Program-made: the position numbers and the translations under genes
From: an archaeon
GTDB lineage: Archaea > Nanobdellota > Nanobdellia > Pacearchaeales > GW2011-AR1
Length of the DNA: 64,000 nucleotides
Assembly (NCBI GenBank): GCA_043810775.1
Contig: JBDRNU010000025.1
Coordinates: 48,417 to 112,416, forward strand
Reading direction: 5' to 3'
In this document: positions 33,714-41,569 of the stretch, piece by piece
How the letters are laid out: the number at the start of each line of letters is the position of its first letter
Position numbering within the stretch: the stretch's first letter is position 1
Notes under the pieces: model-generated
Databases searched by the model: none
Told to the model about the DNA's origin: nothing
The model's input: the letters and a program-made list of their open reading frames with translations, nothing else

Positions 33714-34469
33714 TTAATGCCAAATTTTGTTGAAAAACTCTCTGAACATTTTTGAAATTTGTTCTGATACTATTAAATAACCTACTGGCTTTTCCTCCCA
33801 CGAAAAGATTGCCACTTTGTTATTATGTACACTTATATTTGAAGGTATTGGGTAATCAGTAAATTTCATCTTAAGATGCTTTCTATCTTTAAATAGTCCT
33901 TTAAGCTCTTTTGGCGCTAACCCCTTTACAATTAGTCCCTTAGCTTTTCTTTTTGAATCATACATTTGAAAAAAATCTTGGATTTCTTTATTTTTCTCAT
34001 TTACATTTACAGTGAAGAATATGTACTCATCATTTTTTTTAGTATCTTCTATGAGGAGATTTAAAAGAGCCATTATTCCTTTTGTTCCTTCAAATATTTC
34101 TGCTTCCTGCTTTTCTTTTGAAGTTCTTTGCTTAGATTCAAGCTCTGGTAGGATGTTAATTAATCTCTGTTTTTTGTCATCTAAGAAGGATACAAGCTGT
34201 TTTGGTGAAATTGCTTCATAATATTTGATTTTTCCTTTTTTTACATATGAAACAAGACCTTTTTCAATTAGTGAATTCAATGAATTATGTACAGCAGAAC
34301 TTGCCATGCTTGATTTTTCAATTAAGGCTCCTACTTTACATTCCCCAATACTTAGCAAGGAAAGATAAACTTTTACTTCTCCTTTACTTAAACCTAATTC
34401 TTCAAGTATTGATGTATTCATGGACTGCATAATATTAAAGTGTTTATAAATCTTACTATAACTCTCCAA
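33714..34469 (-). CDS. TrmB-family transcriptional regulator
   Basis: LEELGLSKGEVKVYLSLLSIGECKVGALIEKSSMASSAVHNSLNSLIEKGLVSYVKKGKIKYYEA is a typical TrmB wHTH. The true start may be an internal Met (34430 or 34421). Confidence 0.75.
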   Translation of the reverse strand: MESYSKIYKHFNIMQSMNTSILEELGLSKGEVKVYLSLLSIGECKVGALIEKSSMASSAVHNSLNSLIEKGLVSYVKKGKIKYYEAISPKQLVSFLDDKKQRLINILPELESKQRTSKEKQEAEIFEGTKGIMALLNLLIEDTKKNDEYIFFTVNVNEKNKEIQDFFQMYDSKRKAKGLIVKGLAPKELKGLFKDRKHLKMKFTDYPIPSNISVHNNKVAIFSWEEKPVGYLIVSEQISKMFREFFNKIWH

Positions 34470-34539
34470 TTTTAGAGAGTTATCAATTAAATATAGAATT
34501 TTCTTGAGTTTATTAACTAAATATTATGGAGGAAATAAA

Positions 34540-34917
34540 ATGAAAGATGGATGGACAGAACGTGTAAGAAAAGAAGCTCTGAGAAACAGAGATAGTCTAG
34601 AAAGGACTTTTGAAGATGGCACCAAGAAATATACCTTTAGCTTTGCTGATATAGATGCCCATTCTTATGGACCATGCATGCCTGATTATAACTTAGTTGC
34701 AGATATAAAGATAGCAGATGAAGCTACATGTAAAATTGAGCGTTTATGGAATCAAGCTCTTGGAAGTGGAGTTAAGCCACAAGCAAGAGAGTCAGTTCCA
34801 TTTGGGCAGGAGTATTTTGATGGTGTAAAGCCAATCTTATCCAAAATTGTTGAAAGGGAGCTTAGAAGGAACAATGAAGAGTTAGTTGAAGCTATTGAGA
34901 GAATTAGACGAATCTAG
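34540..34917 (+). CDS. Hypothetical protein (125 aa)
   Basis: Track ORF starts at 34504 (non-ATG). The ATG at 34540 is preceded by GGAGG 8 nt upstream. No family recognised. Confidence 0.5.
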   Translation: MKDGWTERVRKEALRNRDSLERTFEDGTKKYTFSFADIDAHSYGPCMPDYNLVADIKIADEATCKIERLWNQALGSGVKPQARESVPFGQEYFDGVKPILSKIVERELRRNNEELVEAIERIRRI

Positions 34918-34942
34918 AAATAAATTTAATCTCTTTTCAAAA

Positions 34943-35371
34943 ATGAAAGACAAAATAAAGAAAATAGCAGAAAAAGCTAAAGAATTGCTTTATTGGGATT
35001 TATTTTATACAATAGGATACAGCAGTTCAGCTGGACTAGCAAATGGATTAGCTAATTCAAGGGGGGATGAAGATTTTAGTGAAGGATTTGGTCAAGCCTA
35101 CTGTAACAATTTCCCATTAGGAATTGCCATGAATCTGGCTTATCCATTAGTATTTAATCAGCTTAAAAAAACAAAGCATTATAGATTATATTCTAATTTA
35201 TTTACGATAGCTGTAAATACTGGATTTTTAGCTTGGCACCATTATGCTGGAACAGAGCATCCTATTGAAGCAATGGGTCTTAATACTGCTATTGGACTAG
35301 CTATGGCTAATAGAAATGTTTCTGAAACTAAGAATCTTGAAACTGAAGTTGTTGAAGATTTCAGAGATTAA
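34943..35371 (+). CDS. Hypothetical, probably membrane-associated protein (142 aa)
   Basis: Track ORF starts at 34886, inside the previous gene. The first ATG (MKDKIKK) at 34943 follows the upstream stop. Contains hydrophobic stretches (LFYTIGYSSSAGLANGLA, FTIAVNTGFLAW). Confidence 0.45.
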   Translation: MKDKIKKIAEKAKELLYWDLFYTIGYSSSAGLANGLANSRGDEDFSEGFGQAYCNNFPLGIAMNLAYPLVFNQLKKTKHYRLYSNLFTIAVNTGFLAWHHYAGTEHPIEAMGLNTAIGLAMANRNVSETKNLETEVVEDFRD

Positions 35372-35423
35372 TTTTCCTTATACATCCACATCAGCAACTC
35401 CGCCGCCCAAATCCCCTCAAATA

Positions 35424-35449
35424 ACAATTTTGTAAGAAAAATTAAGATG
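35424..35449 (-). repeat. 26-nt direct repeat AACAATTTTGTAAGAAAAATTAAGAT, copy 1 (at the 3' end of the HEPN/MNT cassette)
   Basis: Exact second copy at ~36531-36556. Coordinates are +/-1 nt. Confidence 0.7.
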
Positions 35450-35921
35450 ACATAATCTCTATTTGTTTTCTGATATTCAAAATATCCTTTTCATTAATCA
35501 TTGATAAAACATCTTTGGATTTATTTAAGAAACTTTGTGCTTTGGAAAAAATAAACTCCATATCTTCTTTTGCAATAATTTTATCAACATAATACTGAGA
35601 GGTGTTTCTTATATCAAAAGCCTTACTTATAATTTTGTAATCTTCCTTTGAATAAAATTCCATTAAGAGCTTCTTCATAATTTCAAGAGTGCATGCATGA
35701 ATTTCACACTTAATTCCTATCTTCATCAAAACTGAATAAAGCGAATAATACATAGAATAATAACAGGCAGATATTGCAAATTGGTTGTTTAATGTTTTTT
35801 CACGATTCATAGTCCCAATCGCATTTTCAGCCATCTGAATATATCCTTTAGAAAGATTGTGATTTGACTCAATTAGCTTAATTCCCTCTTTCTTATTACA
35901 ACACCATTTTAAACTTACCAT
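35442..35921 (-). CDS. HEPN-domain protein (putative toxin of a HEPN/MNT pair)
   Basis: Helical protein with AISACYYSMYYSLYSVLMKIG ... RNTSQYY, resembling archaeal HEPN. It overlaps the stop of the upstream nucleotidyltransferase gene. Confidence 0.65.
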   Translation of the reverse strand: MVSLKWCCNKKEGIKLIESNHNLSKGYIQMAENAIGTMNREKTLNNQFAISACYYSMYYSLYSVLMKIGIKCEIHACTLEIMKKLLMEFYSKEDYKIISKAFDIRNTSQYYVDKIIAKEDMEFIFSKAQSFLNKSKDVLSMINEKDILNIRKQIEIMSS

Positions 35922-36472
35922 ATTAAATCAATAAATTCTTCAACTCCTTTTAAGACTATATGATTTTTCATGACTTCTTTTATAAAAATGTCTTCTTTAT
36001 TAAATTTATCCTTACCTGATTTAACGAGATTTATTTTTATTCCATATTTTTCATCTAAATCCTCTAATTCTTTAATTTTTCCTATTAAAAAAACATCTAA
36101 ATCTGATTTTTCATTGCTTGTAAAATTAGCATAACTTCCGAAAATAACAAGCATTCCAGAAGCTCTTTTTTCAAGTTCAATAAGCAATTCTTTAATCTTT
36201 GCATATCTTTTAATAAAATCATTTTTTCTTCCAATTTCTATAATTTTAAGTATATCTTGAATTTGTGGATCTAGTCTATTTAGAAAATAGTATTTATTTT
36301 TCCCCTCTGTAGAATATTTAAGGATATTCTGTTTTTCAAGAGAATTAAGTATATTTGAAACAGTTTTCTGGTTCATTTTTAGCTTTTTTGCAACTTGTCC
36401 ACCATAAATCCTTTTAGAATAATCAGAGCTAAATTCTGCTAATATTTTGAATGCATTATCATTAAGTAACAT
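35915..36472 (-). CDS. wHTH + minimal nucleotidyltransferase (MNT) protein, partner of the HEPN protein
   Basis: MLVIFGSYANFTSNEKSDLDVFLIG matches the GSxxxG..x..SDxD NTase motif. The N-terminal VAKKLKMNQKTVSNILNSLEKQNILK is HTH-like. Confidence 0.75.
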   Translation of the reverse strand: MLLNDNAFKILAEFSSDYSKRIYGGQVAKKLKMNQKTVSNILNSLEKQNILKYSTEGKNKYYFLNRLDPQIQDILKIIEIGRKNDFIKRYAKIKELLIELEKRASGMLVIFGSYANFTSNEKSDLDVFLIGKIKELEDLDEKYGIKINLVKSGKDKFNKEDIFIKEVMKNHIVLKGVEEFIDLIW

Positions 36473-36530
36473 ATTACTTATGTAAGTAATAAGGTATTTA
36501 AATCTTCCTGTTTTCTAAATTTTTGCAAAG

Positions 36531-36556
36531 AACAATTTTGTAAGAAAAATTAAGAT
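36531..36556 (-). repeat. 26-nt direct repeat, copy 2 (just 3' of the RelE/AbrB cassette)
   Basis: Identical to 35424-35449. The minus-strand reading contains the T-rich run ATCTTAATTTTTCTT, a possible terminator. Confidence 0.7.
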
Positions 36557-36566
36557 CTTTTTTCTT

Positions 36567-36821
36567 TTAATCATTATAAACTTTCTTTCTGTGATCAAAC
36601 TTCAAAAGAATAAGTTCATCTTCTTTTAATGTATAAATTAATCTAAATGGTTTAATATAAAGCGACCTTTCTCCTCTTTTATATTTTAGTGGCTTCCCAA
36701 CTTCGGGATTTTCAATTATCTTTTGTATTTGTTTTTTAATTTTTTCAAGAAGAAAGGAATCCAATTTTTTAGTATTTTTAATAAATTTTGGAGATCTTGT
36801 AACTTTTTGAATAGTCACCAT
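36567..36821 (-). CDS. RelE/ParE-family type II toxin (84 aa)
   Basis: GKPLKYKRGERSLYIKPFRLIYTLKEDELILLKFDHRKKVY is the typical C-terminal pattern of RelE-like toxins. It overlaps the upstream antitoxin gene. Confidence 0.7.
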   Translation of the reverse strand: MVTIQKVTRSPKFIKNTKKLDSFLLEKIKKQIQKIIENPEVGKPLKYKRGERSLYIKPFRLIYTLKEDELILLKFDHRKKVYND

Positions 36822-37066
36822 TTTTTCATTTCATCTAAAAAATCTTCAACCTTTTGAGTAGTACCCTTACCTTCATCAATGTCTTTCCATATTTTATCAA
36901 GCTCTTTCATTTCTTTCATCTCTTTTTCTGTAAGTCCTTCTACTTTTTTTAATATTATTAAATCATTTTGTTTTGAAACAATAAATGCTGTACCTTCTGC
37001 CAATCCTTTTCTTATTCCTTCTGGAATAACTACTTGTCCTTTTGTGCTTATTTTTGTTATTTCCAT
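36815..37066 (-). CDS. AbrB/SpoVT/MazE-fold antitoxin (83 aa)
   Basis: MEITKISTKGQVVIPEGIRKGL is a swapped-hairpin AbrB-type DNA-binding N-terminus. Confidence 0.75.
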   Translation of the reverse strand: MEITKISTKGQVVIPEGIRKGLAEGTAFIVSKQNDLIILKKVEGLTEKEMKEMKELDKIWKDIDEGKGTTQKVEDFLDEMKKW

Positions 37067-37087
37067 GTTGTAAGATAATCTTACTTA

Positions 37088-37101
37088 TTTATAAATGTTT
37101 C
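37088..37101 (-). promoter_or_regulatory. BRE/TATA-like promoter (plus strand TTTATAAATGTTTC) upstream of the AbrB/RelE operon
   Basis: Same motif as at 13591, 18564 and 51821. It lies ~25-35 nt upstream of the start at 37066. Confidence 0.45.
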
Positions 37102-37141
37102 TGTTTTAGAAAATACTCTGCGAAAATGCCATAATGATAAA

Positions 37142-37214
37142 TAGCCCCACCAGGATTCGAACCTGGGTCACAACCTCCAGAGGGTCGTATCTTTGACCAC
37201 TAGACTATGGGGCT
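37142..37214 (-). tRNA. tRNA-Gln (anticodon CUG)
   Basis: Manual cloverleaf: acceptor AGCCCCA/TGGGGCT (A1-U72, as in archaeal tRNA-Gln), D-arm GTCT..AGAT, anticodon stem CGACC/GGTTG with loop CTCTGGA, T-arm CCAGG-TTCGAAT-CCTGG, discriminator A. Confidence 0.85.
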
Positions 37215-37290
37215 TCAAGAGGGATTTTCCTAGATATACTAGCATGAAAAAAGTATTTAAATATTAGGTTCTTATAAAATATAGGAAAAG

Positions 37291-37617
37291 ATGGGATTAT
37301 TATTTTGGCTTGTTGGAATAGGATTAATCTTAGTTATATTCATGTTCTTGAAAGCTAAGGATATGAGGCATAAGATATATGCTATTACTATAGTTTTATT
37401 GATATTATTTTTTTATATAAGTGCTAGCAAGATTTTTACAGCAAGTCCGGTTGATGTTAAGAGTTTTGATGGGGTGGTGCAAGGTGGAAAGCTGTATTTT
37501 TCTTGGTTAGGGCATGCTTTTTCAATTGCAAAAGATATAACTGGGAAGGTTGTAAGTGCTGATTGGTCAGGCAATTCTACGAAAATTGATGATAAAGATA
37601 CTAAAAAATCAAAATGA
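37291..37617 (+). CDS. Small membrane protein (108 aa), paralog of the next gene
   Basis: Two N-terminal TM segments. Shares GGKLYFSWLGHAFSIAKDITGKVVSADW with the neighbour's FGGLYFDWMGGVFNNGIEATGYVVKMDW. Confidence 0.55.
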   Translation: MGLLFWLVGIGLILVIFMFLKAKDMRHKIYAITIVLLILFFYISASKIFTASPVDVKSFDGVVQGGKLYFSWLGHAFSIAKDITGKVVSADWSGNSTKIDDKDTKKSK

Positions 37618-37823
37618 AAATTATAATGTTTATAGTAATGTTCTTGATTATAGGAGGATTATTTATTATTTCTGAAAATAGACTGGCTTTAAGGAACCCA
37701 GAAAACTTTACTAAGTTTGGAGGCCTTTATTTTGATTGGATGGGTGGTGTTTTTAACAATGGAATTGAGGCTACAGGATATGTTGTAAAAATGGATTGGC
37801 TACCTGATGAAACTGGCAGTTAA
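37614..37823 (+). CDS. Small membrane protein (69 aa), paralog of the previous gene
   Basis: One TM segment (IIMFIVMFLIIGGLFII). ATGA overlap with the upstream gene. Confidence 0.5.
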   Translation: MKIIMFIVMFLIIGGLFIISENRLALRNPENFTKFGGLYFDWMGGVFNNGIEATGYVVKMDWLPDETGS

Positions 37824-37876
37824 GTTTTTATATTAATTTTCTTGTTTAATTCTGTTAAAATTCAGTAAATTTTAAA

Positions 37877-37950
37877 GCCTCGATAGCTCAGTTGGTTAGA
37901 GCGCATGCTTGGTAAGCATGAGGTCCCGAGTTCAACTCTCGGTCGAGGCT
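37877..37950 (+). tRNA. tRNA-Thr (anticodon GGU)
   Basis: Manual cloverleaf: acceptor GCCTCGA/TCGAGGC, D-arm GCTC-AGTTGGTTA-GAGC, anticodon stem CATGC/GCATG with loop TTGGTAA, T-arm CCGAG-TTCAACT-CTCGG, discriminator T. Confidence 0.85.
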
Positions 37951-39581
37951 TAAAAAATCTCATCAAGCCCCATTTCAAGAGCTGCAACTGGCATTTTAAG
38001 GTGAGAGTTTTTAAGAACTGTTGGGGAGATTTCACCCATAATTCCAATAGTCTTTCCGTTAAATATTATACTTCCAGTTCTTCCAGTAATAAATGACTGG
38101 TTTTCTGTTTCTTGGACTTCAAATTTAGTGTCAAGCATATTTCCCAAATAATCTAGAATTCTTTTAATTTCAGTAAAATTTGAAGGAATCAGCGCAATTG
38201 AAATCTTATTTTTCTCGATAATTCCTGTTTCTTGCTTTTGGTCTAGACTGAAAACTTTTCCGATTTCAAATATTTTTTGAGGGTATTCAGCATCAACGTT
38301 TTCTGAAAGTACCTTAAGTGCTAGATGAAGCAAGTTTTGCCTTAGAATATTATAATCTGTTTTTGAACTTTCAACTTCTATAATATCCTGAGCTTTTTGC
38401 ACCATTTTTTTAAACTGGTCTTCTTTTTTAGTTAGATGGTAAGTTGAAATCTCAATAAGTCCAAGTCCAGTAAGTATGTCTGAAATCTTTCTTTTCATTA
38501 TTTCTTTAGGGTCTTCTTGGCCAATTGTTGCAATTTCTGGAATTTCTGGCTGGAATTTTTCAAATCCATAACCTATTGCAATATCTTCGTAGATATCTAC
38601 AGGATGCAAGATATCAACTCTCCATGCAGGTATTTGCACTATTGAGTTTTTGTAGTCATATCCCATTTTATCAAGACTTTCTTTAACTTTTTTTTCATTA
38701 AGTTCTATACCTAATAGTTTTTCAGCATCTTTAATATTTATTTTAACTTTTTCAGGAGTAAGGTCTGGAGTTTTTTCTGGTTGTTTGTATTGAAGATTCA
38801 TCTGGTATATTGAACCACCCATATCTGCCATCATAGTTACTATTATATTTAGCGTTTTTTTCAAGGAGTCTAGGTTAAATCCTGAGCATTCAATAAACAC
38901 ATCTCTTGTGTTTTCAGTGATTTTTCCTGTATTTTGCGAGTTTATTATTGGAGGCATGCTTAGTATTTTTCCTGCAGAGTCTACAAATACAGGATACTTG
39001 TCATATCCTCTTAAAAGGTGAGCATAATCTCTGCCTGTAGATGTTTTAGTAAGTATTTGAGGAGCTGTCATTTCTTTGGTTTCTTCTAATGGTATAAATT
39101 TAATTTCTTCTGGTTTCATAGCCAGGAATTTAATTGGAAGTTTAATTTTCTCAAGAGGATATATCCCTATAGCTATTTTTTTCCTATTTCTTCCAAATGT
39201 GGTATGTATTTTTTCCTGCACATCGACAATTTCCTTGATTTTTTCATTATCAAACTTTATTCCTTTCACTATTGCACATGCTGTAAATGGACGTATTTTT
39301 TCCAGATTTTTGTCAATAACTACTTCAAAGTCTTTTTGTGGAGGATTAATCTTATAGTTTCTCAGTCCTTTTTCTTTTCCTAAGAAAGCTTTTAGTGCAC
39401 GAATATAACCTTGAAATGAGAGTAAATCTGGTCTATTTGGGAAAATTTCAAGTTCAATTTCATTATCATTAAGATTTTCCAGGGGAGTGCCTAGGTAAGG
39501 TATTTTTTCCTGCACATCGCTAGATAGCTTTATATGCTTTTCAAATTCTTTTCGTGAAAATTTTACATTTGCGATTTTTAT
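37950..39581 (-). CDS. pheT: Phenylalanine--tRNA ligase beta subunit (archaeal type); 5' end extended beyond the track ORF
   Basis: NRPDLLSFQGYIRALKAFLG and the overall length and order fit archaeal PheT. The frame stays open 22 codons upstream of the track's GTG (39515) and encodes (I)KIANVKFSRKEFEKHIKLSSD, which aligns by eye with the conserved PheT N-terminus. There is no canonical start in that stretch. Confidence 0.8.
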   Translation of the reverse strand: MKIANVKFSRKEFEKHIKLSSDVQEKIPYLGTPLENLNDNEIELEIFPNRPDLLSFQGYIRALKAFLGKEKGLRNYKINPPQKDFEVVIDKNLEKIRPFTACAIVKGIKFDNEKIKEIVDVQEKIHTTFGRNRKKIAIGIYPLEKIKLPIKFLAMKPEEIKFIPLEETKEMTAPQILTKTSTGRDYAHLLRGYDKYPVFVDSAGKILSMPPIINSQNTGKITENTRDVFIECSGFNLDSLKKTLNIIVTMMADMGGSIYQMNLQYKQPEKTPDLTPEKVKINIKDAEKLLGIELNEKKVKESLDKMGYDYKNSIVQIPAWRVDILHPVDIYEDIAIGYGFEKFQPEIPEIATIGQEDPKEIMKRKISDILTGLGLIEISTYHLTKKEDQFKKMVQKAQDIIEVESSKTDYNILRQNLLHLALKVLSENVDAEYPQKIFEIGKVFSLDQKQETGIIEKNKISIALIPSNFTEIKRILDYLGNMLDTKFEVQETENQSFITGRTGSIIFNGKTIGIMGEISPTVLKNSHLKMPVAALEMGLDEIF

Positions 39582-39934
39582 TTAGTCTCCTCGTTCCAGT
39601 CTATTTTTGTTCCTTTTCTTTGAGCATTTTCTAGGGAGAATCCTTGAGGATAGCGTTTCTTTAGTTTTTGCATATTTTCTTCAAGTATATTGGCAAAGTC
39701 CCATCCAAAAAAGTTGCAAATCATAGCTGAATACCATAAAGTATCTCCTAAATTTTCTTTTATACCCTCTTCTGCTGCTTTATTTTCATGAGCAAAGGTT
39801 TTCTTAATGCAAGAAGCTACGTCTCCAGCTTCTCCCGCTATTCCAAGACCCCAAGTGGATATTTCTAGATCTTTGTTTTCAAATTTTTTTGCAGTTTCCT
39901 TGCAAAATTCCTGATATTCTTTTAAGCTAGTCAT
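39578..39934 (-). CDS. MazG-like nucleoside triphosphate pyrophosphohydrolase (118 aa)
   Basis: GLGIAGEAGDVASCIKK and ENLGDTLWYSAMICNFFGWD match the EAGE / E..LGDxLWY helices of the all-alpha NTP-PPase (MazG) fold. Confidence 0.7.
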   Translation of the reverse strand: MTSLKEYQEFCKETAKKFENKDLEISTWGLGIAGEAGDVASCIKKTFAHENKAAEEGIKENLGDTLWYSAMICNFFGWDFANILEENMQKLKKRYPQGFSLENAQRKGTKIDWNEETK

Positions 39935-41454
39935 GTTTTTATCCAGTGCTTAATTTTTCTTAGCTGATTTATATCATTTTTATAGAGTTCGCGGATGTCC
40001 TGGATTTTATAGTAATCCATTAAAGCTCTGTCAAATCCAGGCCCCCATGCAAGGACTGGGATGTATTCTCCTAATAAAGGTATAACTACTTCTGGGCGGA
40101 ATATTCCTGAACCTCCAAGCTCTAACCAGACTTTTTTTTCAGGATGAAACCAGTTTATTTCTACACTAGGTTCGGTATATGGGAAATAAGCAGGTGTAAA
40201 TCTTACTTTTTCAAAACCCATTTTTTTAAAGAATTCCTTTAGGTAGCCTAGCAGGTGGCGCAAATTTGCATTTGGGTCAATTACTATTCCATCTGTTTGA
40301 TTAAACTCGAAAGCATGGCTCCAGTCAACTGTTTCGTTTCTAAAGCATTTTCCTATGGAAAAGTATTTTCCTTTTTTGTCTTTAATGTCTCTTAGACTAG
40401 CTAGAGTAGCTGCTGATAGGCAGGTAGTGTGGGTTCTTAAAACTGGTTTTTTAGCTTCATCTTCTTTCCAGGAATATTGCCATCCTTTACTTCCACTGAC
40501 TCCGGTTTCGTGTGCTTGAGATACTGTTTTTAGTATTTTCTTGTCTGGAAGCTTGGTTTTTAGGTCTTTAATATAGAATGTATCATGCATTTCCCTTACA
40601 GGATGGTCTTGAGCTGTGAAAAGGGCATCGAAGTTCCAGAAGCTTGTTTGTACTAAACTGCCAGACATTTCCTTAAATCCCATTTCTGTCCATATTTTTC
40701 TTCCATGATCTATTGCCAAGTTTACGAAGTGGCGTTTTCCACCGTAAATTGTTGGCACTTTGCTTTTAATGTCATATCTTCTAAATTTTTTACCTTTCCA
40801 CGAGCTTGATTTAATCATTTCAGGTGTTAAAGACTCAATTAGCTTGTCAGTTTTGCTTAAGTCTATTTTTAGAAGATTTTCGCCAAGAGGGGTTACTTGA
40901 AATGTAATTTGTTTTTTATTTTCTATTCTTATTATGTCTTTTCTGTTTTCTAGTGATTTAAGGGCGTGCTGTTGTTCTGGTTTAAGCTTCTCCAAGTCTA
41001 TAGGAAGAGCTTCAATTAGCTTTTCTTCCAGGCTTTTTTTAATGACTTCTTCCATTGATGATGCAAGGAATATGCGCTTTTCTTTCATTTCCACCATCGC
41101 TTTCTTTTTTAGAGCACCTAAAGCTGCCTTGAATTCATTATCAGATAGTTTTGACTCTTTTTGCGCTGTTTCTAGAGTTAGGTTTTGTTTTTCTCCGATT
41201 ATATTTAGGAGTTTTCTTTCAGGCAGGCCATTTTTTAGGTAGAGAACCCCATTAGTTCCTAAGTCTACTACTTTTTTTTCCTGGGTTTTTGTTATTATTA
41301 TTCCCTTATTTTCAAGAAATTGCAGTGCTCGAAGCGCCGAAGTTTCATCTAGGCCAGATTTTTCAATTATAACTTTTAGATTACCTTCTTTTAGATAGGG
41401 AGTAATCTTTCTTTCAATTGGAGATAGGGATTCTATTAGTTCATCTGTGCTCAT
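39931..41454 (-). CDS. pheS: Phenylalanine--tRNA ligase alpha subunit (archaeal/eukaryal type)
   Basis: HPVREMHDTFYI (motif 1 region), FRNETVDWSHAFEFNQTDG (motif 2) and WGPGFDRALM (motif 3). Confidence 0.9.
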   Translation of the reverse strand: MSTDELIESLSPIERKITPYLKEGNLKVIIEKSGLDETSALRALQFLENKGIIITKTQEKKVVDLGTNGVLYLKNGLPERKLLNIIGEKQNLTLETAQKESKLSDNEFKAALGALKKKAMVEMKEKRIFLASSMEEVIKKSLEEKLIEALPIDLEKLKPEQQHALKSLENRKDIIRIENKKQITFQVTPLGENLLKIDLSKTDKLIESLTPEMIKSSSWKGKKFRRYDIKSKVPTIYGGKRHFVNLAIDHGRKIWTEMGFKEMSGSLVQTSFWNFDALFTAQDHPVREMHDTFYIKDLKTKLPDKKILKTVSQAHETGVSGSKGWQYSWKEDEAKKPVLRTHTTCLSAATLASLRDIKDKKGKYFSIGKCFRNETVDWSHAFEFNQTDGIVIDPNANLRHLLGYLKEFFKKMGFEKVRFTPAYFPYTEPSVEINWFHPEKKVWLELGGSGIFRPEVVIPLLGEYIPVLAWGPGFDRALMDYYKIQDIRELYKNDINQLRKIKHWIKT

Positions 41455-41569
41455 TTTTCTTTGCTCTTTATATATGGATGATACTATGTTTTAAAAAGCT
41501 TGCTTCCCCCTAGCCCTTGTCAGGAATGGCATATAGTTAAATTTATATTGTCTTTTTCTGTTTAGTATT

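Noticed and set aside
33584-37136. Annotating the TA islet as a mobile_element feature
   Set aside because: No integrase, transposase or replication gene lies inside it, and the boundary repeats are short (18 nt, one mismatch). I report it as a finding rather than a called element.
37862-38096. ORFs 37862..38047 (-) and 37905..38096 (+)
   Set aside because: They overlap the well-folded tRNA-Thr gene and the 3' end of pheT. Their translations are unrecognisable.
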